Positions 12,001-18,833 of a stretch of 64,000 nucleotides of DNA are shown here, in pieces. Source of the stretch: Candidatus Vogelbacteria bacterium (lineage in GTDB: Bacteria; Patescibacteriota; Minisyncoccia; Phycocordibacterales; XYD1-FULL-46-19). The translations under genes and the position numbers were made by a program. Within the stretch, counting starts at the first letter, position 1, and each line of letters begins with the position of its first letter. The notes beneath the pieces were generated by a model. The model ran no database searches, was not told the DNA's origin, and worked only from the letters and a program-made list of their open reading frames with translations. The stretch lies in NCBI GenBank assembly GCA_903864935.1, contig CAIPHT010000017.1, positions 16,096 through 80,095 on the forward strand, written 5' to 3'.

Positions 12001-12128
12001 TTGAGATGAAGGCGAAGTTCTCTTTGCCCGCGCTCTTCAATTTACAGAATATTTTATTGGCCGGAATCTTAATCGTTCTCGTCTACTTTGCTGTCCTTTT
12101 TACTTGGCGACGCAAAAGGCAAATTTAG
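3..12128 (+). CDS. Giant (>4000 aa) repetitive surface adhesin-like protein with C-terminal membrane anchor; 5' end lies outside the window
   Basis: Frame is open from the window edge (AAT ACG GTT AGT TTG...). T/G/N/S-rich beta-helix-like repeats with a ~1390-aa super-period, Ig-like and carboxypeptidase-regulatory-like C-terminal part (VVVDPEGYVY...TTDVTGRYAFLVPPGEYYL), then a hydrophobic helix and basic tail (ILLAGILIVLVYFAVLFTWRRKRQI). Confidence 0.85.
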   Translation, partial: NTVSLILNGTNTLTYNHLPTFYQNGFKNLTVGQSGGTTTLVTTNSAYGLAVRSVLAIGSGSLTGSGVANTLSNGDLWLVGSNPLSFDANSRISVPNLRFWNTATIPSLTNGYDCNIVVDYNSGVTQTGNVVLNGTKSLFVSGENAPARTPSWNTAGYNLSVGGNIQIGANGGGDTGLKTLNATGAGGRNSTITVGGDWLNYGTGSASSTFVADNSTVIFNKTSGTQNLTSGGSSFYNLTHSGAGTLKLLANALTVTHDLTNSGGTLDSNGQTINVAGTWSNTASFLHGSSTVNFTGTDQGIFGTSTFYNLTKTVTTAATLTFEAAKTQVIAGVLTLQGALNQLLSLVSSVAGTAFSLNPLNISTLNFLSVQDFTNASSTPLILTNSRNISGTTNLVFGPTTVTWTGTTNTNWSVGTNWDVGYVPNATDNVIIANTANQPVLSTSTSANTITVNSGATLAVGTYNLAITGTSTINGTLTIGNSAGTGWTTTNLIIGANGTASSTANGTIYYNQVTVTGTLSPDATGVYTVVGMYNGYPYYRRGTDNYYVYYNMTGSGFDYYRIGTALGSTYPVWNFVVTQGLFNLPSSSYFNSGTTGTATVANVTASGEYTRLNNSKITISGNYDQSATSSKFLAASSLITVNGNGTFTADGTVAPTQYNGASLVLNGANTLTYNSLGPVVQNGFNNLTVAQNGSTTTLAGNWAYGVKNLLTVGSGTLTGKVLYLSSNNPLSVDASAHILTVMAFYGTGNSIPIPSCAGYGQLSVYNSGTVIQMGNIIATQLFLNADGSTGLSATWKTDGYNLTLGGSVTIGASSDSGRKTLDATSGATSTRNSTITVGGNWINYGNGTAPSQFIAASSTVVMTGTGASGAITSGSSTSAFYNLTINGTGGTYTLQDAASVAGNLNVTAGTLAIGANNLAVTGSSTITSTLTLGTASSTGWTTGDLNLGASGTITSNATTYYNQVTVSGTSNPDVSGTYTFSGTYNGRPYYRRGSDNWYVWYNNDTYLRYYITSAVGSRTGNIWSNGTQMSSPIIPGTYDPNNGATGNPVIANVTASGIYYGATSDVTISGNYTQTAGGYFNAGPSLITQNGNGTFTADGNNDATKSLQFNNASLVLNGANTLTYNNLSATYANGFNNLTCGQNGNTTITSGTFSIQSLVTIGSGTLTGGQIFLYGATPLSFDVASHLSSSYIWFTRYSTQTIPFLTNGYDSNIILNGTPVIQNSDITINPNKNLQILGGASSVSTYNTNGYNLTVGGLVQIGAGSDTGLKKLDATSGATSTRNSTITVGGNWTNYGSGSAPSQFVAASSTVIFNSTATGKTITSGTTNSPFNAVQFNGVGGAWTLQDNLTATSTTLTNGNLIDNAKTVTVNGNISVANTAGLLTSTGPWVQGASGNLSNPNTGNPFYALTIAGSGVTTTLTGNVNVGNSTIGGATTIGGITTAGKLTGNYNLNIAAAVNDALTVNNLTADSQISNLILGVRGGDRTQKAITVSNNLVAGDIRIATNAGYNLTATGNWNLGNNMVGFDSGATGLTHYTDMASYTLTAGVLQIGENLSPGYLKLGSSASHSISSITNDSGYSTCKLELGSSNLAISGNVDLTGITVTPGSSTFTFNGAGLQTLTTNNQSFYNLTHSGAGTLKLLANALTVTHDLTNSGGTLDSNGQTINVAGTWSNTASFLHGSSTVNFTGTDQGIFGTSTFYNLTKTVTSAATLTFEAAKTQIIAGVLTLQGALNQLLSLVSSVSGTAFSLNPLNISTLNFLSVQDFTNASSTPLILTNSRNISGTTNLIFGPTTVTWTGTTNTNWSVGTNWDVGYVPNATDNVIIANTANQPVLSTSTSANTITVNSGATLSVGTYNLAITGTSTINGTLTIGNSAGTGWTTTNLVIGANGTASSTANGTIYYNQVTVSGNSSPSANGTYTVAGIYNGTPYYSLGNNWYIWRRVSDNWMIGPSLDVPTTAGWYLSGSLVGSYFVYANPGFSGAPVVANVTSSGEYTRLNNSKITISGNFDQSTTTSKFLAASSIITINGNGTFTADGTVNSAQYNGASLVLNGANTVTYNNVSSNTSNGFNNLTGGQGGNTTNLYGATAFNFTVINSLTIGNGTIGGANALLYLLSANPLNVSSGSIINNYALVFYGTNQYIPAITIGSNLASVIVGGTNNTVTQTGDVVISNGNLQINGTGSNNRTDKWNTNGYNLNVGNNLEIGYTSNNGLQQLDATSDATSTRNSTITVKGNWLNYGTGAVKSKFIAASSTVVFIATSTTRTITNGSTTSPFYNLTINGSGSTFTLADNASVNGALTVTAGTLAIGTNDLAVTGSSTINGALTQGTSANTGWTTGDLNLGASGTITSNATTYYNQVTVSGTLSPDASGTYSIQAGTVNGFPYYKRSDSAYYVWNTSGRWVISSVVGNWLTVSSWIYSQPLLAPNGTYTPSGSPTPTGNATVANVTASGIYYGATSKVTLSGNYTQTAGGYFNAGPSLITVNGNGNFTADGNNDATKSQQFNNTSLVLNGINTLTYNHIYVGSLNGFNNLTVGQSTNTTTFVSDSNFSIRETLTVGTGTFYSTTNGNFYMYGNTPLIVDAASHISLPGGHYLYFYGASSTIPALANNGYDCSLAVRGTNATITQTGNIVINGSNTLTVGLSAISSVDTWKTDGYNLTAGGGLYIGTGSDTGRKTLDATSGSTSTRNSIITTGGNWLNYGNSADSANSSRFIAASSTVIFNSTATGKAITSGANASSYPFNAVQFNGVGGAWTLQDNLTATSTTLTNGNLIDNGKTVTVNGNISVANTANLLTSTGSWIQGVSGSISNPLSGNAFYSLTIAGSGVTTTLSADVRVGYNGGGYVTIGPGTLNGAYTLNIYPRANDVITVNNLNASSQIAGMFIRALNSGLTQKAMTLPNNFVTGTIRFRNDSNNLTASGDWNLGNNSVTVDSLVGTPILYTDMGSNSLTAGAITLGGSGGWNGYLKLGSSLTNSIASISAYDSSSNGNKLNLGTGSTAVSGNINFTGVTVTPNSSTINLTGTSTQTVISSGQSFYNLTHSGSGTMLLADSLVATGAFNHNAGALNPAGWNINTTGNFIIADGAQVTASGLNSSVYYNQVQVTGTLTPDATGVYTYAGMYNNAPYYRRGSDSYYISFSTNGRWYIGDTLIPQGTGIFWPSNTGIQYLNSTYGNHTGTTSGAPVVANVTAAGFIGSTFTIGGDFNVTGHSGALLALNPSNTWYLNVAGVATANYVNAAYSNASGGHSVTQVNSTDSGHNSNWVFDATAPSTTASATSGGSSYSFGTWTGSDVTVALSCADNVGGTGCAAGYPKYCVDTDNSCTPSTAYVAPLTISSAGETYIRYYSVDVAGNIESIQSRIIQIDKSNSIISNLAPATGATITKSGQTVTFTTDKSSTCRFATSPKSYDNMSGDYSCSVANSIQMSCALPNFNNYGTQDLYFACADALGNEDSAETATHVIYNIPTPPHSGGGGYVQIIFPTIPTLATPPAGPFKVKINDGALVTREKKVTLNLTTSPDTTAVIISTSPDFSNAVTLPIIPSLSGQTSLEYDLCQGSQSCLNKSYTIYTKFLSASGADSPAFSAQTYLNITSLADQVGGFTNQLSEGFSNLVGFFAPKPANVFSLPPIGVAVSSSTPLAFQGKWNLVPTPMSNFVFASLPSDFLAVAKKFPQVVGALSKVGITRMNGVEQLQVAKISLPGLAESAGLPVAQNVAVADFSRAELKKVPSNIIFARAGENNLDLNVKLSINNQGTAIQTVNTIQGHPLTLAIKPDHPAERVKGYLIFKTSKVADRGKASSSLEASPRTARASSLLASIANAMPDFAVGFVEAMDIKASSVPVSPETTPDLVLSSFDYKDSGNGIWTADVASPLVLGQYELRTEVDYVNKKDKPETVSMVVVVDPEGYVYRKLADGSEARITGAKVSIFWLPPSPKASARQGNPSYELWPATKFRQDNPQTTDVTGRYAFLVPPGEYYLTATVSGYGDYKSEIFKVEENKGVFMNIEMKAKFSLPALFNLQNILLAGILIVLVYFAVLFTWRRKRQI
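702..5727 (+). repeat. Near-identical ~850-bp intragenic direct repeat (702-1548 vs 4881-5727, offset 4179)
   Basis: Both copies run from TCCTTCTACAA..CTCACCCACTCCGGCGCC to ..CTATCTATTACAATCAGGTGACGGTGA and encode almost the same peptide SFYNLTHSGAGTLKLL...TANGTIYYNQVTV. Confidence 0.9.
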
Positions 12129-12221
12129 AAAATATGTTAAACCAAAAGTTTAAAAAAATTATTAAGAAGTGCTATAATTAAAAATAATAATCCCGTCAAG
12201 CGGGAGAAGAAAATAAAAAAC

Positions 12222-12587
12222 ATGTCAACACAGAAAAAAACACTACACTTTGTTCTAATTACTATCATTGTCTTAGCCTTGGTCTTCTTAGGTTGGCAAT
12301 ACATCTCGCTTAGTCAGAAATTGCAGGTGGCGGAGAAGGTGGTGGCTGGCCAACAAACTAATAAGAAGGTTCTCGCTTTCTCGGAGCTCTTTGTCACCAA
12401 TGTTTTGCAGGGTGGTTCATCGGTCTCCTTCGATCAACGTCTCCAGCTTGAGAATGCTGTCCGTGATATCAACGATCCCAAGATCTATGCGGCTTGGCAG
12501 AACTTCACTAATGCCAAGGATCAGGCCCAGATTCAACAAAATTTCTATGTTCTCTTCAGCCTGCTCCTAAAGAAAATTGAAGCTTAA
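12222..12587 (+). CDS. Hypothetical protein with N-terminal membrane anchor
   Basis: 121-aa ORF with an N-terminal hydrophobic helix and an upstream TATAAT. Confidence 0.75.
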   Translation: MSTQKKTLHFVLITIIVLALVFLGWQYISLSQKLQVAEKVVAGQQTNKKVLAFSELFVTNVLQGGSSVSFDQRLQLENAVRDINDPKIYAAWQNFTNAKDQAQIQQNFYVLFSLLLKKIEA

Positions 12588-12588
12588 A

Positions 12589-13230
12589 ATGTATACACTA
12601 CCCAAATTAAATTATGAGCTCGACGCGCTGGAGCCTTACTTGGATAAGGAGACGATGGCGCTTCATTATGGCAAGCATCATCAAACTTATTGCGATAAAT
12701 TAAATGGCGCGTTAGAAAAATATCCTGAGTTGGCCGAGAAACCAGCTGAGGAGTTATTAAAAGATTTAAGTAATTTGCCTGAAGAAATAAGGAAGCCTGT
12801 GCAAAATTTTGGCGGGGGATTCGTGAATCACAATTTCTTCTGGAGTATTATTACTTCGCCACGCCAGAGTCTCAACGAAGGCGGGTCAACGAGTAGTGAA
12901 GAGAATATCCCAACTGGCGAATTAGCGCAAAAAATTACTGAGCAATTTGGCAGTTTCGAAGATTTCAAAAAACAAGTAAGCGACAAGGCTCTTGGCCTCT
13001 TCGGTTCGGGTTGGGTCTGGCTTGTGCTTAATAAAGAGGGGAATTTAGAAATCACCACCACCCCTAATCAAGACTCACCTCTATCTGTTGGGCAAAAACC
13101 GCTCCTAACGATTGACGTTTGGGAACACGCTTATTATCTTAAGTATCAGAACCGCCGAGCCGAGTTCGTGACCGCCATTTGGTTCGTTTTTAATTGGCCG
13201 TTTATAGAAAATTTATTCACTTCTAAATAG
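12589..13230 (+). CDS. sodA: Superoxide dismutase (Mn/Fe family)
   Basis: LPKLNYELDALEP, HYGKHHQTY, NHNFFW, FGSGWVWL and DVWEHAYYLKYQNRR motifs. The GGG before NH suggests Mn type. Start taken at ATG 12589. Confidence 0.93.
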   Translation: MYTLPKLNYELDALEPYLDKETMALHYGKHHQTYCDKLNGALEKYPELAEKPAEELLKDLSNLPEEIRKPVQNFGGGFVNHNFFWSIITSPRQSLNEGGSTSSEENIPTGELAQKITEQFGSFEDFKKQVSDKALGLFGSGWVWLVLNKEGNLEITTTPNQDSPLSVGQKPLLTIDVWEHAYYLKYQNRRAEFVTAIWFVFNWPFIENLFTSK

Positions 13231-13268
13231 TGTTTTTTCTCTGATTTTGTGCTATTATCCTAATTAAT

Positions 13269-14051
13269 ATGGATATTAAAGACCTTAATCGTAGCCAATT
13301 TTTGTTGTTACTTCTTCTTATTATGTTCGTTTCGTCTATCACGACGGCGATTGTCACTGTTACCTTGATGGATCAATCACCGAACGCCGGAGTCTCCAAC
13401 ACTATCAATCGAGTTATTGAGCGCGTGATCCCCGGAGCCACCACTACAATTGTGCGGATTGTCAGAGAGACTCCTTCTGCGAGTGAGGGCGAACAGATTG
13501 TTAAAGCGATGGAAATTGTTGCTCCCTCAGTTGTTCGCCTCGATCGTAAGACTGATAAAGGGACGGAGAGTCTTGGCACCGGTTTTGTTGTCCGGGGTGA
13601 TATTGTGGCCACGGCACTTAAGAACCTCCCTGATGATGTTGCCGGCGTGACAATAACCAAGGGTGGGATCGCGGTCAGTGGTGACGTGGTTAAGCGAGAT
13701 GTAGCTGACAATATTGCTCTTATCCGTTTTGCCGCGACTAGTAGTTTGCCAACAGACAGATTGCTCTTTACTAAGAATTTGCCTGCCAGTGGTGCGACCA
13801 GTGTGGCCCTCGCTTATTCTGACAACGGGAGTCCTGAGATTATGATGGGAATTATCATGGGGATTATTCAAACAAACTCAACCTCCACACCAGGGATTAA
13901 TGCTGGTGTTATTCGCACCGGTTCGGTGATTGGAGATAATATTGGTGGACCGGTTATCAATACGGCCGGCGAGATTGTCGGTATTGGCATCTCTCGAGGC
14001 TACGCTCTCTCGGCGAGCGCTCTCCAGGCCATCGTTGACCAAATCAAATAA
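13269..14051 (+). CDS. Membrane-anchored trypsin-like (HtrA/S1C-like) protein, catalytic residues degenerate
   Basis: N-terminal TM, PSVVRL..LGTGFVV, DNIALIRF and GGPVINTAGEIVGI. The His motif reads TALKN and the Ser motif reads DNIGGP. Confidence 0.7.
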   Translation: MDIKDLNRSQFLLLLLLIMFVSSITTAIVTVTLMDQSPNAGVSNTINRVIERVIPGATTTIVRIVRETPSASEGEQIVKAMEIVAPSVVRLDRKTDKGTESLGTGFVVRGDIVATALKNLPDDVAGVTITKGGIAVSGDVVKRDVADNIALIRFAATSSLPTDRLLFTKNLPASGATSVALAYSDNGSPEIMMGIIMGIIQTNSTSTPGINAGVIRTGSVIGDNIGGPVINTAGEIVGIGISRGYALSASALQAIVDQIK

Positions 14052-14057
14052 TTATTT

Positions 14058-14089
<32 letters not shown>

Positions 14090-14125
14090 TTAATTAGGTC
14101 AATTAGTAATTAGACATTTTCTTGT

Positions 14126-16804
14126 ATGCCTCCATTTCAAAATTTCACAACTAAAGCCCGCGAAGTTATACGTCGAGCCCATGAGCTGGCTATTGAGCGT
14201 GGGCAAAATCAGGTTAACCCCTTCCATCTGTTGGCGGCTTTGTTGTTGCAAGAAGAGAGTATGGTTGTCTCAATTCTTGATAAATTAGAGGTTGATTCAC
14301 TTTCGCTAACCGATCACGTTTTGGACAGTATTGAGGCCTTTGGTGCGGGCAATGTGATGAGCCCCTCCTATCAGATTTATCTTACACCAGAGCTTGTTCG
14401 TATTTTTGACACCTCAGCGAAGATTGCCAGTAATTTGAATGAAGAATTTGTTTCGACCGAGCACTTGCTCCTGGCGCTTCTTGATGTCCCAAGTCCGGCG
14501 CGAGATCTCCTAACTCGTTTTAAAATTAGTAATGACGCTGTCTTAAATATTGTCCAAGAAATTAAAGCGGGCAACATCACTCCTGGGGCTAATCAAAAGA
14601 AGACCAAAGCGATTGAGAAATTCACCAAGAACCTTACCGACCTAGCGCGTGCTGACAAACTTGATCCGGTCATCGGTCGTGATGAAGAAATCCGTCGCGT
14701 GATGGAGATACTTTCTCGTCGCACCAAGAATAATCCGGTCTTGGTGGGTGAGGCGGGCACGGGCAAGACGGCTATTGCTGAGGGCTTGGCCTTGCGCATT
14801 GCTAAGGGTGAGGCGCCCGATTCTCTGCGCGACCGCGAGATTGTCTCGCTTGATCTTGGCATGCTCTTGGCTGGTACCAAGTATCGTGGTGAATTCGAAG
14901 AGCGTCTAAAAAATATAATTAAAGAAATTGAGAAATCTGAAGGTAAGATAATTCTTTTTATCGACGAAATTCATACTATTGTTGGCGCTGGTGCCGCTGA
15001 GGGGGCCGTGGACGCTTCGAATATGTTGAAGCCGGCTCTGGCCCGTGGCGAATTGCGCACTATTGGGGCGACCACGATTAAGGAATATCAAAAATATATT
15101 GAGAAGGACCAGGCCCTGACGCGTCGCTTCCAACCGGTTGTTGTCGAAGAGCCAAGTATTGAGGATGCTATCACTATCCTGCGCGGGGTCAAAGATAAGT
15201 ATGAATTGCATCATGGCGTGCATATTACCGATGGCGCGATTGTCGCGGCCGTCAACTTGTCGAGCCGTTATATTACCGACCGTTTCTTGCCAGATAAAGC
15301 GATTGACTTAATTGACGAGGCGGCTAGTGCCCTTCGTCTTCAGCTTGAGAATAAGCCCGCGGCGCTTGAAGATGGCGAACGCAAAATTATGCGTCTTGAA
15401 GTTGAGAAAGAGGCGATGAAGAAGGAGGTCAAATTGTCTGACGACAAGGAGGCCAAGACGCGGATTAAAGAAATAGATAAGAGCATTGGTGAGCTTAAAG
15501 AGACAATTCGTGAGCTTGAATTAAAGTGGAAGAATGAGAAACAAATCATCAGCGAGATTCGTAGCTCCAAGGCTGAGCTAGAGAAATTGCGTCTTGAAGC
15601 GAGTCACGCCGAGATGCGTGCGGACCTGTCTCGGGCCGCCGAGATTCTCTATGGCCGTATCCCTGAGATTAACAAAGCGCTCAAGCTCAAAGAGCAGAAA
15701 TTGAAGAAGCTCCAGAGCGCGCGCAAAATTTTGAAGGAGGAGGTGGGCGATGAAGAGATTGCCAAAGTTGTCTCACGCTGGACCGGTATCCCCGTGATGA
15801 AGATGCTTGAAGAAGAGACCGACAAATTGGCTCGTGTGGAGGAGGAATTGAAGAAGCGGGTGCGGGGCCAAGCCGAAGCAGTTGATCGCGTTGGAGAAGC
15901 CGTTAAGCGGTCTCGCGCCGGTATCTCTGACCCTGACCGTCCGATTGGCTCCTTCATGTTCTTAGGCCCTTCTGGTGTCGGTAAGACAGAATTGGCCCGT
16001 GCCTTGGCTGGCTTTCTCTTCAATGATGAGAAGGCGCTTATCCGCGTGGATATGTCGGAGTATATGGAGAAATATTCGGTCTCTAAACTTATTGGTTCGC
16101 CTCCCGGTTATGTTGGTTATGAAGAGGGGGGTAACTTGACCGAGATTGTGCGTCATCGCCCTTATTCGATTCTTCTTTTTGATGAAATTGAGAAGGCTCA
16201 TCCTGAAGTTTTCAATGTGTTACTCCAGGTTCTTGATAATGGACGCCTGACCGATGCCAAGGGGCGAACTGTTAATTTTAAGAATACCATTATTATTATG
16301 ACCTCCAATATTGGCAGTCAATTTATCAAGAATTATCAGCGCATTGGTTTCTCGAGCGGTGATGAGGGTGCCGATTTTGGCGCTGTCAAGACGAAGATTG
16401 AAGAAAGTTTGCGCGAACACTTCCGTCCTGAATTCTTAAATCGTCTTGATGAGATTGTTGTCTTCAGTCCGTTGTCCAAGGAGACATTGCGTGAGATTGT
16501 TGATTTGCAACTTGATATTGTGCGTGAGCGTTTAATTAAGAAGGGGATTAAGTTAGATGTTTCTGACGAGGTTATGAATTTCTTGTCGGGCGAAGGTCAT
16601 AACCCAGAGTATGGCGCTCGACCGTTGAAGCGTTTGATTCAGAGCAAAATTTTGAATCCGGTGGCTCAATTCATCATTGGTAAGAAGATTGATGGGGGAG
16701 GGATTGTCACTGTCTCGCTCAAAGACGGGGTGCCTTTTGTCGAATTAACTAAAGCGGTTAAATCTAAGATTAATCCAAGAGTTAAGACCGGGGGAACAAA
16801 ATAA
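14126..16804 (+). CDS. clpB: ATP-dependent chaperone ClpB
   Basis: Clp N-domain, NBD1 [15 protein letters not shown], long coiled-coil middle domain, NBD2 [24 protein letters not shown]. Confidence 0.95.
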   Translation: MPPFQNFTTKAREVIRRAHELAIERGQNQVNPFHLLAALLLQEESMVVSILDKLEVDSLSLTDHVLDSIEAFGAGNVMSPSYQIYLTPELVRIFDTSAKIASNLNEEFVSTEHLLLALLDVPSPARDLLTRFKISNDAVLNIVQEIKAGNITPGANQKKTKAIEKFTKNLTDLARADKLDPVIGRDEEIRRVMEILSRRTKNNPVLVGEAGTGKTAIAEGLALRIAKGEAPDSLRDREIVSLDLGMLLAGTKYRGEFEERLKNIIKEIEKSEGKIILFIDEIHTIVGAGAAEGAVDASNMLKPALARGELRTIGATTIKEYQKYIEKDQALTRRFQPVVVEEPSIEDAITILRGVKDKYELHHGVHITDGAIVAAVNLSSRYITDRFLPDKAIDLIDEAASALRLQLENKPAALEDGERKIMRLEVEKEAMKKEVKLSDDKEAKTRIKEIDKSIGELKETIRELELKWKNEKQIISEIRSSKAELEKLRLEASHAEMRADLSRAAEILYGRIPEINKALKLKEQKLKKLQSARKILKEEVGDEEIAKVVSRWTGIPVMKMLEEETDKLARVEEELKKRVRGQAEAVDRVGEAVKRSRAGISDPDRPIGSFMFLGPSGVGKTELARALAGFLFNDEKALIRVDMSEYMEKYSVSKLIGSPPGYVGYEEGGNLTEIVRHRPYSILLFDEIEKAHPEVFNVLLQVLDNGRLTDAKGRTVNFKNTIIIMTSNIGSQFIKNYQRIGFSSGDEGADFGAVKTKIEESLREHFRPEFLNRLDEIVVFSPLSKETLREIVDLQLDIVRERLIKKGIKLDVSDEVMNFLSGEGHNPEYGARPLKRLIQSKILNPVAQFIIGKKIDGGGIVTVSLKDGVPFVELTKAVKSKINPRVKTGGTK

Positions 16805-16813
16805 AGGGATTCT

Positions 16814-16874
16814 CCTTCCTGCGCACAAGAAAAAAAGCGACCAAAGTCGCCCTTTTTTCTTGTGCGCAGGGAGG
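16814..16874. terminator. Long inverted repeat (bidirectional terminator-like) whose right arm is the tRNA-Tyr 3' end
   Basis: ccttcctgcgcacaagaaaaaaagcgac-caaa-gtcgcccttttttcttgtgcgcagggagg, between convergent clpB and tRNA-Tyr. Confidence 0.7.
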
Positions 16875-16945
16875 GATTCGAACCCCCGTAGGCCGAAGCC
16901 GAGTGATTTACAGTCACTTGCAATTGACCACTCTGCCACCTGCGC
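16863..16945 (-). tRNA. tRNA-Tyr (GTA)
   Basis: Reverse complement GCGCAGGTGGCAGAGTGGTCAATTGCAAGTGACT-GTA-AATCACTCGGCTTCGGCCTACGGGGGTTCGAATCCCTCCCTGCGCA, with a long variable arm and no full encoded CCA. Confidence 0.95.
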
Positions 16946-16984
16946 ATATTTAATTGTAAAATCTCACAAAAAGTAAGACAAACA

Positions 16985-17041
16985 AGTCACTTGCAATTGA
17001 CTTCACCCCGCCACGGCGGGGCAGGCTCTGCCACCTGCGCA
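16985..17041 (-). pseudogene. Duplicated 5' half of tRNA-Tyr interrupted by a 24-nt palindromic insert
   Basis: agtcacttgcaattgac and ctctgccacctgcgca are identical to 16912-16928 and 16931-16946, and are separated by ttcaccccgccacggcggggcagg. Confidence 0.75.
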
Positions 17042-17110
17042 AATGAACCTCTTAATCTTAAAACAAAAAGCCTCTTTTCGCAACTTTGGTTTGTTGTTTT
17101 ACGTCAACTC

Positions 17111-17140
17111 CTTGACATTGTGTCAAGTATGGTATATAAT
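17111..17140 (+). promoter_or_regulatory. Consensus sigma70 promoter with the -35 embedded in a palindrome
   Basis: TTGACA (17112-17117), 17-nt spacer, TATAAT (17135-17140); cttgaca-ttg-tgtcaag is palindromic. Confidence 0.75.
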
Positions 17141-17197
17141 AAGTAAGGATGATAAAAGGCAGGCTAAGTGGCCTGTTTTTTGCCTAATTTAAGAGTG

Positions 17198-17226
17198 AAA
17201 TGTCCAACATCCGATGTTGGACATTT
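17198..17226. repeat. REP-like palindrome family C, copy 1
   Basis: AAATGTCCAACATC-C-GATGTTGGACATTT; second copy at 18732. Confidence 0.85.
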
Positions 17227-17248
17227 GAACATTGAAAAGGAGGAAAAG

Positions 17249-17566
17249 ATGAAGACAAACGCCGTTTTTTTGGGTATGTTGGTGGTCGCCATTGTCCTTT
17301 TGGCCCTGCAGTTTTGTCGGCCTGAAGTGATCGTTGCACCACCGGCTACTTCCACAACCACGACGACCCGTGTCGTCACCCCTCACCCCGTCTCTGAGCC
17401 GCTGGCCGTTAGGCCTGCGTCTCTGCCTGTTCCGACACTGTCGCCAGTTGCGCAATTGTCGGAAGTTGATCAGAAGTTGGACCAAAATGGTTTCGCCCTA
17501 TCGGCGGAGACCCATAAGATGTCGGTGCGTCTACCTGTCGCGTCGGCAAAAAACATCAACAAGTAG
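17249..17566 (+). CDS. Hypothetical protein (N-terminal TM/signal, Pro/Thr-rich)
   Basis: SD AGGAGG before ATG 17249; MKTNAVFLGMLVVAIVLLALQF. Confidence 0.7.
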   Translation: MKTNAVFLGMLVVAIVLLALQFCRPEVIVAPPATSTTTTTRVVTPHPVSEPLAVRPASLPVPTLSPVAQLSEVDQKLDQNGFALSAETHKMSVRLPVASAKNINK

Positions 17567-17581
17567 AAGGAGATTGAAGAG

Positions 17582-18646
17582 ATGAAGAAGATGTTGTTTG
17601 TGCTCGCATTGGCCCTCGTGGTCGTTGCCACGCCCGTTTGGGCGGCCCCTACCGAGGACGAACTCCTGCGTATGGCCAGCGCCTACGCTGGTCTCAACGT
17701 GACGCAGTATGAGGGGGACTTCGGGTTTACTCGGCTCCTTGTGAACGGATCGACACAGTTGGTCAACGGGAGCTTCACCATGATGGCAAACGGCGAGATC
17801 CCTCGCCTAGTCATCAATGGCGAGCAGGTCGTGGATTGGGGCGACGAGCCGTTGAGTGGTCTCCCTGAGAACAAAGTGGGCAGCGCGACCGATTACCACG
17901 TCCAGCTTAACGGCTGGGACGGGGAGTTGGGTCGCTACGTGACCTATGGGTGGTTCCAAGTCCCGCTCATGAAGCCGGGCGATCCCATTGCGGTTCAACT
18001 CTCCCTGTATTTTCAAGAGAGGCTTGTCAGCTTCGATCTCGACGGTCGACCGGCGGGCTCGGTGGTCTTGCGTATTATCGGCGACTCACGCTTCAGTTAC
18101 GATACCAATCGTGGCGCCTTCGATGTCTGGGTGGATCCAGCTTCGGCCGGTGACTACGAGATTGTCGATGTCGCCAGCGGAGAAGTACTGGCTACCGGGA
18201 GCATTCAGGTTGGTGCGAGCGGTAACAACACGGTCAATGCCATAATGCCCAACGGCATTAAGGAGTTGATCCCCGCCGGTGAGGACAGCATGTCTTGGTC
18301 CAACCAGAATTTCCAAGCCGTGAGTACTGGCAAGGCCTGGGTGCCGATGTTGGTCTACGTTGCTCGTGCCTACGGCTCTGGTCTGTCCATTGGTCCCAAT
18401 TTGCCATTCGGTGGGACCATTAACGTCTATTCGGTTGACGGTGACGAGTCAAAACTCGTACTCACAAAGGATGTCCCGATGAGTGTCGAGGTACCCTTTC
18501 CCGGTGGCGTGGGCAAGGCCGGTGGTTCCAATGTCGAGGTTCCCGCCGGCTTTGACCATCTCGTAATCCAGGTTGTCGGCAACGACAACAGCTGGAACAC
18601 TTCCTTCAGTCTCTGGGCCTGCCGCAATGGCGGTGGCAAAGGCTGA
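17582..18646 (+). CDS. Hypothetical secreted protein
   Basis: SD AAGGAG, signal peptide MKKMLFVLALALVVVATPVWA, 354 aa, GC-richer than the flanks. Confidence 0.8.
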   Translation: MKKMLFVLALALVVVATPVWAAPTEDELLRMASAYAGLNVTQYEGDFGFTRLLVNGSTQLVNGSFTMMANGEIPRLVINGEQVVDWGDEPLSGLPENKVGSATDYHVQLNGWDGELGRYVTYGWFQVPLMKPGDPIAVQLSLYFQERLVSFDLDGRPAGSVVLRIIGDSRFSYDTNRGAFDVWVDPASAGDYEIVDVASGEVLATGSIQVGASGNNTVNAIMPNGIKELIPAGEDSMSWSNQNFQAVSTGKAWVPMLVYVARAYGSGLSIGPNLPFGGTINVYSVDGDESKLVLTKDVPMSVEVPFPGGVGKAGGSNVEVPAGFDHLVIQVVGNDNSWNTSFSLWACRNGGGKG

Positions 18647-18668
18647 TCGCTTCCTTCCTGTTCGAACC

Positions 18669-18700
18669 AAGCCCCCGACGCAACGCGTCCGGGGGCTTTC
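18669..18700 (+). terminator. Rho-independent terminator
   Basis: aagccccc-gacgcaacgcgtcc-gggggctttc directly after the 18646 stop. Confidence 0.7.
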
Positions 18701-18731
18701 TACTTCTCCTTCTTAATATTATAACACAGAA

Positions 18732-18758
18732 AAATGTCCAACATCCGATGTTGGACAT
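18732..18758. repeat. REP-like palindrome family C, copy 2
   Basis: aaatgtccaacatccgatgttggacat, same core as 17198. Confidence 0.85.
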
Positions 18759-18833
18759 CTGAGGGACATTTTGGAGAATTTGCCTTTTTGGGCCTTTTCC
18801 TGTATAGTAAGACGGTCCTAAATATATATCATT

